A stretch of DNA of 64,000 bases from Somniosus microcephalus (lineage: Eukaryota): assembly GCA_052327205.1 (NCBI GenBank), contig CM126230.1:17112001-17176000 (forward strand), read 5' to 3'. Shown here piece by piece: positions 53,031 through 64,000 of this stretch. Numbering within the stretch: position 1 is the first letter of the stretch; each line of letters opens with the position of its first letter. A program made the translations under genes and the position numbers. Below the pieces are notes generated by a model. It worked only from the letters and a program-made list of their open reading frames with translations. It was not told the DNA's origin and did no database searches.

Positions 53031-53310
53031 AGCCATGGCCGACACCTTGAGAGAAACAACAAAAACAACCCAGCAGGTGACCGATGCTAAGAGCTTATCC
53101 GTTTCTATCACTTTCCTTGGTGCATTTATACTTATATGCCACCTGGAAAATACGAAGTAATGTTGAGGGAGGAAAAGTGCAGCTGAACAGAAAACTTCAA
53201 ACAAAAAATCCCAGAAGGTGTTAAAGGCCAACAGTTGCAGCTAGCACTCCGAAGGCAACGGCATAAGTACTGTCAGTGGTCCATACTTAGCCTTGATCTC
53301 CCCCTTATAA

Positions 53311-54570
53311 CCGCTAGTAACCCAGAGGTCATGAGTTTAAATTCCACCATGCCAAATTGTGACAATGAATTCAATAAATCTGGTCATTTGTGAGCTAGCA
53401 CCAGAAAGGTAAACGTGAAGCTGTAAAAAAAAAACACAACTGGTTCACTCATGTCCTTTGAAGGGAGCCTTCCAATCCTATCCAACCTGGCCGAGAGGTG
53501 ACTCCAGTCCCATATTACATGGTGACTTCTAATGCCTCTGAAGTAAGTAGTCTAGCAAACCTACCCATTGTAAACATTTTCTACAAGGTTCAATAAGAAG
53601 AAATTTAGACTTATCTATCAGCAACAACCCAGACGTCATATCAGGATAAGACTATGGCAAACTCATCCCAGTCAAATTCTTCTCACTAAGTGCTTGGGAC
53701 TGGTACCTAAGCTGCTGGAGCTGTTCCACAGACTAGTCGAGCAACAGTCGGACTTAGTCGTACTCACAGAATCCTATCTATCAGCCAACATCCTATACTC
53801 CTCCCTCACCATCCCCGGGTATGTCCTATCTCACGAGCAGGATAGACCCACCAGAGGTGAGGATACAGTCAGCTCAGGAGTGTCAGCTCAGTGGGTAGCA
53901 CTCTCGCCTCTGAGACAAAAGGTGGGTTCAAGACCCACTCCAGAGACTTGAGCACAAATCTAGGCTGACTCTCCAGTGCAGTACTAAGGGAGTGCTGCAC
54001 TGTCGGAGGTGCTGTCTTTCAGATGAGACGTTTAACAGTCGTCTTCCCTCTCAGTTAGACGTAAAAGATCCTATGGCACTATGTCGAAGAAGAGCAGGGG
54101 AGTTATCCTGGCCAATATTTATTGCTCAATCAACATCACTAAAAAACAGATTGTTTGGTCATTATCACATTGCTGTTTGTGGGAGCTTGCTGTGCGCAAA
54201 CTGGCTGCCGTGTTTCCGACATTACAACAGTGACTACACTTCAGAAGTACCTCATTGGCTGTAAAGTGCTTTTGGACGTCCGGTGGTCATGAAAGGCGCT
54301 ATAAAAATGCAAGTTTTTCTTTCAGCATTGACTGCAGACCAGAAATCTTGTAGCTTCTGGTCAAACAAGGGCAAGGAAACCATGTGTTGATCACCACCTA
54401 CTGCCCACCCCCAACTGATCAATCAGAATTCCTCGCTGTTGAACATCATTTGGAGGAAGCTCTGAGGGAACCGAGAGCACGGAATGTACTTGGGGTGGGG
54501 GGACTTCCATGTCTACTAGTAGCACAATCACTAACCGAGCTGGCTGAGTCCTGAAGACATTGCTGCATAG
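53311..54570 (+). mobile_element. Decayed LINE 5' part (5' UTR plus APE endonuclease), interrupted by a SINE
   Basis: GLVPKLLELFHRLVEQQSDLVVLTESYL...IPGYVLSHEQDRPTRG; a GDF-like motif near 54500. Confidence 0.65.
53880..54322 (+). mobile_element. SacSINE1-like DeuSINE, near full length
   Basis: tRNA head GCTCAGTGGGTAGCAC...GGTTCAAGACC, Deu-like core and L2-like tail. Partial copies at about 1540-1728, 15662-15975, 30475-30600, 41840-41960 and 54678-54790. Confidence 0.75.
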
Positions 54571-54974
54571 AAAAATGTCCCAAGGCACTTCAGAGGCATA
54601 AAATGATAAAAAAAATAGATGTCAAGACAAAGAAGCAGATATTAGGAGAGGTGACCAAAAACATGGTCAAAGAGGTAAAAGAAAATAAAGACTTGCATTT
54701 ATATAGTACCAATCATGACCACAGGATGTCCCAAAGTGGTTTACAGCCAATTAAGTACTTTTGAAGTGTAGTCACTGTTGTAATGTAGGTAGGTTTTAAA
54801 GGAGGAGAGGGAGGTGGAGAGGCAGAGGGGTTGAGGGAGGGAGTTCCACAGCGTGGATCCTAGACGGCTGACGGCTGCCAATGGTGGGCAATGGGAGGAG
54901 GATGCACCAAAGGCCAGAGAGGAACAGAGAATTTGGATGGATTGTAGAGCTAGAGGAGGTTAACGCGATAGGGG

Positions 54975-56590
54975 GGACAAGGCGGAAATGGTGTTAGGGA
55001 AATTGACGGGATTGAAGGCCGATAAATCCCCAGGGCCTGATAATCTACATCCTAGGGTACTTAAGGAAGTGGCTCTAGAAATAGTAGATGCATTGCTGGT
55101 CATCTTCCAAAATACTATAGACTCTGGAATAGTTCCCATGGATTGGAGGGTAGCTAATGTTACCCCACTATTCAAAAAAGGTGGTAGAGAGAAAACACGG
55201 AATTATAGACCGGTAAGCCTGACATCGGTAGTAGGGAAAATGCTAGAGTCCATTATAAAAGATGTAATAGCAGAGCACTTGGAAAACAGTGACAGGATCG
55301 GACAAAGTCAACATGGATTTACAAAAGGTAAATCATGCTTGACTAATCGACTGGAATTTTTTGAGGATGTAACTGGTAGAATAGATAAGGGAGAACCAGT
55401 GGATGTGGTGTATTTGGACTTTCAGAAGGCTTTTGATAAGGTCCTGCATAAGAGATTAGCGTGCAAAGTTAAAGCACATGGGATTGGGGGTAAGGTACTG
55501 TCTTGGACAGAGAACTGGTTGGCAGACAGGAAGCAAAGAGTTGGAATAAATGGGTCTTTTTCCGAGTGGCAGGCAATGACTAGTGAGGTACCGCAGGATC
55601 GGTGCTAGGACCCCAGTTATTCACAGTATATATAAATGATCTAGACGAGGGAACTAGATGTAATATCTCCAAGTTTGCAGACAACACAAAGCTGGGTGGG
55701 CGTGTGTGCTGTGAGGAGGATGCAGAGAAACTCCAGTATGATTTGGACAGGTTGGGTGATTGGGCAGATGCATGGCAAATGCAGTATAATGTGGATAAAT
55801 GCAAGGTTATCCACTTCGATGGCAAAAACAGGAAGACATTATTATCTGAACGGCAATAGATTGGGAGAAGGGGAAGTGCAACGAGACCTGGGTGTCCTTG
55901 TGCACCAGTTGCTGAAGGTAAGCATGCAGGTGCAGCAGGCGGTTAAGAAGGCAAATGGTATGTTGGCCTTCATAGCGAGAGGATTCGAGTACAGGAGCAA
56001 GGATGTCTTGCTGCAGTTGTACAGGGCCTTGGTGAGACCACATCTTGAGTATTGTGTGCAGTTTTGGTCGCCTTATCTGAGGAAGGATGTTCTTGCCATG
56101 GAGGGAGTGCAGCGAAGATTCACCAGACTGATAACCTGGGATGGCAGGAATGACGTATGAAGAGAGATTGGGTCAATTAGGCTTATATTCGCTGGAGTTT
56201 AGAAGAATGAGAAGGGATCTCATTGAAACTTATAAAATTCTAACAGGACTAGACAGACTAGATGCAGGAAGGATGTTCCTGATGGCCGGGGAGTCCAGAA
56301 GCAGGGGTCACAGTCTAAGGATAAGGGGTAGGCCATTTAGGACAGAAATGAGGAGGAATTTCTTCACCCAGAGAGTGGCGAACCTGTGGAATTCTCAACC
56401 ACAGAAGGCAGTAGAGGCCAATTCATTAAATATATTCAAGAAGGAGTTAGATATATTTCTAAAGGCTAAAGGGATATGGGGAGAAGGCAGGGACCGGGTA
56501 CTGAATTTGGATGATCAGCCATGATCTCATTGAATGGTGGAACAGGCTCGAGGGGCCGAATGGCCTACTCCTGCTCCTATCTTCTATGTC
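54975..56590 (+). mobile_element. CR1 LINE, 5'-truncated, frameshifted RT
   Basis: KSPGPDNLHPRVLKE, YLDFQKAFDKV, RPHLEYCVQFWSPY; CR1 3' UTR and tail. Confidence 0.95.
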
Positions 56591-56761
56591 CAAGGCCATG
56601 AAGGAATTTAAAAATGAGGGTGAGAATATTAAGGTACGGGCAGCAGAGTCTGGGTTGAACTGAAGTTTATGGAGGGTGGTAAATGGGAAGTCAGCCGGGA
56701 GAGTATTGGAATAATCAAGTATGGAGGTGACAAAGGCATGGATGAGGGTTTCAACAGCAGG

Positions 56762-59165
56762 TACATAAGAACATAAGAAGTAGGAGCAGGAGTAGGCCAT
56801 ACGGCCCCTCGGGCCTGCTCCACCATTCAATAGGATCATGGCTGATCCGAACCTAGACTCACGTCCACTTCCCTGCCCGCTCCCCGTAACCCCTAATTCC
56901 CTTATCAGCTAGGAAACTCTTATCTCCGTTTTAAATTTATTTAATGTCGCAGCTTCCACAGTTCTCTGAGGTAGCAAATTCCATAGATTTACTACCCTCT
57001 GAGTGAAGAAGTTTCTCCTCATCTCAGTTTTGAAAGGGCAGCCCCTTATTCTAAGATTATGCCCCCTAGTTCTAGTCTCACCCATCAGTGGAAACATCCT
57101 CACCGCATCCACCCGATCAAGCCCCCTCACAATCTTATATGTTTCGGTAAGATCGCCTCTCATTCTTCTGAATTCCAATGAGTAGAGGCCCAACCTACTC
57201 AACCTTTCCTCATAAGTCAACCCCCTCCGGAATCAACCGAGTGAACCTTCTCTGAACTGCCTCGAGAGCAAGTATATCTTTTCTTAAATATGGAAACCAA
57301 AACTGTACGCAGTATTCCAGGTGTGGCCTCACCAGTACCCTGTATAACTGAAGCAAGACTTCCTTGCTTTTATACTCCATCCCCCTTGCAATAAAAGCCA
57401 AGATTCCATTGGCCTTCCTGATCACCTGCTGTACCTGCATACTAACCTTCTGTGTTTCATACACCAGGACCCCCAGATCCCTTTGTACTGTAGCACTTTG
57501 CAGTTACTCTCCATTTAGATAATAACTTGCTCTTTGATTTTTTTCTGCCAAAGTGCATAACCTCACACTTTCCAACATTATATTCCATCTGCCAAATTTC
57601 TGCCCACTCACTTAGCCTGTCTATGTCCTTTTGCAGGCTTTTTATGTCCTCCTCACTCACTGCTTTCCCTCCCATCTTTGTATCGTCGGCAAACTTGGAT
57701 ACGTTGCACTCAGTCCCTTCCTCCAAATCGTTAATATAGACTGTAAAGAGTTGGGGTCCCAGCACTGACCCCTGCGGAACACCACTAGTCACTGATTGCC
57801 AACCCGAGAATGAACCATTTATCCCAACTCTCTGTTTTCTGTTAGATAGCCAATCTTCCACCCATGCCAGTATATTACTCTCAATCCTGTGATTTTTTAT
57901 CTTGTGCAGTAATCTTTTGTGTGGCACCTTGTCAAATGCCTTTTGGAAGTCCAAATACACCACATTCACTGGTTCCCCTTTATCCACCCTGTTTGTTATG
58001 TCCTCAAAGAATTCGAGCAAATTTGTCAAACATGACTTCCCCTTCATAAAACCATGCTGACTCTGTCCGATTAAATTATGCTTATCCAAATGTCCTGTTA
58101 CTGCTTCCTTAATAATGGACTCCAACATTTTACCAACCACAGATGTTAGGCTAACTGGTCTATAGTTTCCAGCCTTTTGTCTACTTCCCTTTTTAAATAA
58201 GGGCGTTACATTAGCAGTTTTCCAATCTGCTGGGACCTTGCCTGAATCCAGGGAGTTTTGGAAAATTACCACTAATGCATCCACAATCCCTACCGCTACT
58301 TCTCTCAAGACCCTAGGATGTAAGCCATCAGGTCCAGGGGATTTATCTGCCTTTAGTCCCATTATCTTACCAAGTACCACCTCCTTAGTGATTTTAATCG
58401 TGTTTAGCTCCTCCCCCCCCCTATAGCCCCCTGTTTGTCCAGTGTTGTGATATTTTTAGTGTCCTCTACTGTAAAGGCTGATACAAAATATTTGTTCAGC
58501 GTTTTTGCCATCTCCATGTTCCCCACCACTAATTTCCTGGTCTCGTCCTCTAAGGGACCAACATTCACTTTAGCCACCCTTTTTCTTTTTGTATAACTGT
58601 AGAAACTCTTGCTATCTGTTTTTATATTTTTTGCTAGTTTACTTTCATAATCTATCTTCCCTTTCTTAATTAATCTTTTAGTTATTCTTTGCTGTCTTTT
58701 AAATGCTTCCCAATCTTCTATCCTCCCACTAGATTTGGCTACTTTATATGCCCTTGTTTTCAGTCGGATACTATCCTTTATTACTTTACTTAGCCACGGA
58801 TGGCTGTCTTTTACGCCCCTTTTTCCTCAGTGGAATATATTTTTCTTGAAAGTTGTGAAATATCTCCTTGAATGTACACCACTGCTCATGTACCATCTTA
58901 CACTTTAATCTATTTTCCCAGTCCACTTTAGTCAACTCTGCTCTCATTCCTTCATAGTCTCCTTTATTTAAGCTTAGTACGCTGGTTTAAGATCCAACTC
59001 TCTCACCCTCCAACTGAATTTGGAATTTAACCATGTTGTGGTCACTCATTCCAAGGGGATCCTTTACTAGGACATTTTTTATTAATCCTGTCTCATTACA
59101 CAGGACCAGATCTAAGATTGCCTGCCCCCTGGTTGGTTCAGTAACATACTGCTCAAGGAACCCGT
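56762..59165 (-). mobile_element. CR1 LINE, 5'-truncated
   Basis: ORF 57457-58380 with GVPQGSVLGP and FADD; tail (TTCTTATG)n at about 56762-56780. Confidence 0.95.
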
Positions 59166-59790
59166 GGGCAGATGCGGGCGATGTTACGGAGATGGAAGTG
59201 ATACAGAGTACATAGGGCTGGAAGCTCAGCTCGGGGTCAAATAGGAGGCTGAGATTGCAAACAGTTTGGTTCAACCTGAGACAATGGCCAGAGGGAGGGG
59301 GGGGGATGGAATCTGTGTCGAGGGTACAAAGATTGGGTAGGGTCCAAAGACAATATCTTCCCAATGTTGAACTGGGGGAAATTGTGGCTCATCCAAGACT
59401 GAATATGGACAAGCAATCTGACAACAGAGAGGCAGTGGATGGGTCGAGGGAAGTGGTGGAGAGGTCGAGCTGGGTGTATGTGGAAGCTGACCACAAGTCT
59501 GCAGATGTTGTCGTGAAGGGGCAGAATGTAGATGAGGAAGAAGAGGGAACCAAGGATAGCTCATTGGAAGCCTCCAGAGGTAATGGTGCAAGAGTGTGAA
59601 GAGAAGCCATTTCTGGAAATGCTCTGGCTATGATCACATAGGTAAGAGTAGAACTAAGTGAGGGCAATCCCACCTGGAAAACAGAGGAAAGGCTTTGGAG
59701 AAGGAGGGTGAGCAATCGTGTCAAAGGCTGCAGAGGAGTTGAGGAGGAATAATGCACCACAGTTACATTCACAAAGAACGATGCACTTAC

Positions 59791-61815
59791 CCTGTACAGT
59801 TGGGATGCTATTTTTGTTGACTGCAGTTGAAGCATTACCATAAATCTCCAGCTGTTTGCCACCATGGTGACTTTGCCTGTGCTGTTTCCTCATTCGCTTT
59901 GAGCCAAAGCCTCCTCGTCCAATACGGAATGTCCCATTAGAAAGGCTGTCAACACTGCCAGTGAGCTTCTGAAACACAGAGATGTGACTTTCAAGAAACA
60001 GTTTCAAAGATGACACGTCTGACTGCAGAGTCTCCACTGACTTTGTAAACAGTTCCTTCATCTGTTCCAAGCTCCGATTGTAGTAAGGGTCTTTGTTATT
60101 ACAATGAGACTCCAGTTTAATTACTTTCAAGTTCAACATCTCAATATCTTTTTTAATGATTGATATTTCACTGGCGTCATACTTTGAATCATCCATCTGT
60201 TGTTCTTCTACTGCCTCATGGTTTGGTTCCATATCTTCAAGGGAACGCTGGTCTCTGTCATCTACTTCTGAAGAGCTTTCCTTCAAAAAGTTTTCTTCGT
60301 CATCAAAACCAATTAATTCCCTACTTTCATCATTTGACCTGTCTTCTTCAAGCACCTGCACCCTCTTGTTGAGGCTTTCCAAGATTATTTTATGGGTAGC
60401 AAGGCCTTTCTCTGTCTCATTAAGGTTTTGATACAAAGTGCTAACAGAAAGCTCCTGGAGCTCTATTGCACCCTCAGGTGTGATCTCCAATATGTCTTGT
60501 CCCAACAAACTCTCCAGAACGACTGTGTGCCTCAAAGCATCTTCCAAAAGGGAACTGAAGGAGCTATTGAGGTATTTGATGTGAGCGTCCATGGTAGTAT
60601 CCAACTTCTTCAAGTGGCTAATTTCTCTCATAACCATGGTGGAATTCTTCTTTAGTATTGTGATGTCTTCAGTTAAAGCGTTGTTTTCTTCTTGCTGCAA
60701 GTACTGGAGGTCCTGGGCTTGTTGACGAACTTGTTGCAAAGCCATGAACAGATCTTGAACAGAATCATTTAAGTTACTGCTCAGGTCCAGCTCTTGCTGT
60801 TTAACACCATTCAGATCAAAGTACATCTTGTCCATAAAGTTACTGGCATTCCTCAGGTTATCAACAACCAAGCCATAATCCACAAGTAACTTTTGACAGT
60901 CGCAAAGCTGGTCATCTTCTAGCGTGCTATACAACCGCCGACTCAGTTCTTGCACTTTATTGTCAAGGTTGTAAAAAAGTTCCTCGTGACCTGAACTTCG
61001 ATGGTTAAAGGAAACATTCAGTCCCAAAAGGTTCTCTGTAAAACCCACACTGGTCTCTTTCAGTTTTTGGTTCATCTCGCTCTTCAGGCCAGCCACCAGT
61101 TGTGTGCAACGTGATTCCTGCTTCTCCGTCTGTTGTTGGAAATCGGTCAGCTGATTTGATGCAGGATCACATAACCCGCAGATTCTCTTTAAATGTGTAA
61201 GATTCCTTGAATGGACCTCAACAGTTGCACTGAGTTGGTCAAAGTCCTGTTTTGACGTTCCCATGTCTTGGTGGACAGCTTTCGAGTTGCACGATGAACA
61301 TGGTTTTGGACCTTTGAGGTCAGCAATCTTTGCTAGACTTTGATTTAAAGTGTAGACTTCTTGCCATAGTCTGTCTTGGTCTTTCCTCATCTCAGCTGTT
61401 GTGTTATCTAGAAGATGCGATTTCATCTGAATCATCTTCTGGCTGCGCTTGACTTTTAGGTCTGTCTCTGTTTTAATCGTAGTTAGGTTGTGGTCAAGGT
61501 TAACCTTCTGAGCATGCAATTCTTCATTTATTTTCTGTTGTTGATCATTCAACATGTTCTCAATTTTCTGCAGTTGCTCTGTGTTTGCGTCCAGTTTTGA
61601 TTGTAACTTAGTGCTGAATTCCTCCAGTTCCCTTTGAGGCATTCGCTGTTTCGAGAGCTCATTAATATTCTTCCTATTGACCTCTATACCTTGCGATAGA
61701 TTGCGCACCATATCGGACAGGTCCTGCAGGCTTTTGTTGAAGCTTGTCCATAAGGAATGAAGGTGCTGTCTCAAGAAATTTTCAATATGAGGCTTTATAT
61801 GAAGCACTGGAAATT
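59791..61815 (-). CDS. MMRN2: Multimerin-2, large coiled-coil exon
   Basis: 2025-nt open exon with acceptor ttttacag| at 61816 and donor CAGG|gtaagt at 59790. Heptad-rich sequence with many N-glycosylation sequons and a basic cluster at the end. No EGF domain before C1q (unlike MMRN1), and adjacent to BMPR1A. Confidence 0.9.
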
Positions 61816-64000
61816 CTGTAAAACCAAAAAAGGTTGCATGTAATGTAAAATAAAAGACATTTTAGCTGACCATCCAACCCTCACAACCCTCCATGACATT
61901 CAACAACAGCCATGATTTGCATTTTTATAAAACCACCTGTGTGAGGAAACAGCTCAGAGCATAAGGAAGACTGCTAGATGCTGAGGAAAGCCAAACGCAC
62001 GATCAAAGTGATTTAAGAAGCCTTTAAGAGTAATAGCAAGCTGGTGTGGTTGAAGAGAGTTCCAAAGAGGATGACCTCAGATGGTGGAGCTGGACTGAGC
62101 AGTAACACAGAGGATGCAGAATGGAATATTCTCCCGGGGAACATCAGTTAGATAAGAGGGTTGGGTGTGCGTTAGAGACCAAGGAGAGATTTAAAATTGA
62201 AGACAAGGATTTTGTAGTCGTTGCCTTGGAGGTCAGGAAGCCATGATAGAACAGCGCCATCAGGGATAATGGGAGCATAGGCCTGGTGAGAGGCAGAACT
62301 CCAGAGATAACATTCTAGAATAAGTGGAGTTTGTGAAGGATGGATAAAGAGAGTTGGTGAGGATGGCATTTGAGGTGTTAACTGTAAAGCGATGAAGGTA
62401 TAGATTAGAATGTCGGCAGTGCAGGGAGAGAGGTGAGCAATGTTATGGAGCTGGGAAAATGCAATTTCTCCCAACTCCATAAAACTTGCATTTATCAACT
62501 AACCATGGGCAGCACTAGGGCCATTGACTAGTTTAAATCTACTTTTGTCATGTTTGTATTTATCTTGCGTTTCATCTCATGACGAGCATAAAAGTGCCTC
62601 CGACTGATTACAGTATTGATAGTGCAATAGTGTCGTCCAGTCACTTCGTTCAGTTCTGAATTTGCAGGATTGCTGTCAGACAGAACTGGAAATTTATCCC
62701 CTACTTTCTTGGATGTTCCTGTCCCTCACAACAGTTCTAGCATAAAAAGGTGACCTGAGAAATGAGCCTTCTCTTTTGGTGTTCTGAAACTAGCCACCAG
62801 GAGGTGCAGGAGAGCAGCCCTTGTCTCCCATTCAACTTTTTGATTAATTTTAATAGTTGCAGTGAACACCAAGTGCCTTTAGGTGTCACTGTTCTCAAGG
62901 ATAAAATCTAGTCATCAAAGCTGACAATATTCTCTGTGGAACGTGTCCAGCTCTTTTTTGAATGCAGTGAATTCGCACTCACTGAACTGCCAGCAACATA
63001 GAACCTTACAGAAGGTGGCTATTCGGCCCGTCGTGCCTGTGCCGGCCCTTTGAAAGAGCTTTCCAATTTAGTCCCATAACCCTGCAGATGTGTCCTCTTC
63101 AAGTCTGTGTCTTTTGAAAGTTCCAATGGAATCTGATTCCACCTCCCTTTCATGTTCCAGAGATCGACAACTCTCTGCAAACACGAGTACCTCCAAGCAG
63201 CTACAAACTTCTGTATTTGGGTAATTTGTATTTGGGTCCCCTCGAGTCCTCCCTGATCTATCTAGCTCAAATAGCCTTTGGATTAGACCCGATCTCGGTG
63301 TATTCATCATTTTAAAGACCTCAATCAAATCTGCTCGATGTCTATGTTCTTGAAGTAAAAAGGCCGCAGCTCGCTCAGCTTATTGTGGTAACTCGGAGCC
63401 CTTAAACTACATTTCCATCCAGTGCAGTGAATGAATCTTTTCCAGGACCTCTATTACCTCCCCACATGACTGGACCAAAACAGGACAAACCTTCCCACTA
63501 ATGCTTCCATACTCCGTTCCCAATGCTCCCACACCCCACACCCCAGCCTCCCTCCCACTCACACCCCAGCCTCCTCCACCGTTCTGCCCCACTGTGCTCT
63601 TGTACTCCAGGACCAGTCTACAAATACTATCAACCCCGGTGCCCCCTGTCCCTCCACCATGGCCAAGTACACAGTATCTGTAACCAATCTCCCAGCAACC
63701 TTCAGCCAGGAATGTCCTACCACCATTTTATTCTGTATCCTGGGCTTTAGACATATAATTAAAGGCATCGTTAAATGGACACACAGTAAATATCAGGGCC
63801 GCTTGATTTACAAGTTCCACGCATATATTGACAGTTGTAGAATTCAAAGCCGATAATACCACTTGCTGTCCTATAATACTGTGGTCTGTAACCCCTGAGA
63901 GTCAGTGGTGCTGATGATATACTGTATGTTGCCTGGGATAAAGCGGTCAGTTCAAATCCCACCATGGCATTTAGAAAATTTGAATTCAGTTTAACAAATA

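Larger units (their letters stand above)
54590..59757 (-). mobile_element. L2-clade LINE split by two CR1 insertions and a SINE
   Basis: Collinear L2 pieces at about 54590-54980, 56591-56761 and 59166-59757, matching 29195-30140. Confidence 0.72.

Overview
Vertebrate genomic DNA, most likely a cartilaginous fish (shark): it carries HE1-type V-SINE and SacSINE1-type DeuSINE elements plus CR1, L2 and Penelope-like elements. The + strand holds 10 coding exons of BMPR1A (ALK3) from 3797 to 47645; the signal-peptide exon is not recognisable and probably lies upstream. The - strand holds the last two coding exons of MMRN2 (61815-59791 and 52749-52358), convergent with BMPR1A as in tetrapods. Main observations: (1) the first visible BMPR1A exon is 1 nt short, an apparent frameshift. 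(2) The kinase keeps its catalytic motifs but has clustered radical changes in the beta3-alphaC loop and the Smad-specificity L45 loop. (3) A 200-bp TSD-flanked palindromic element carries a complete minimal hammerhead ribozyme on the pre-mRNA strand. (4) A non-autonomous Helitron carries a promoter-exon-intron-like cassette in sense orientation. (5) A Harbinger-like MITE supplies a cryptic exon with several perfect donors. (6) Inverted repeat pairs flank individual exons. Comparisons with human proteins and repeat families are from memory; no alignment or database search was run.
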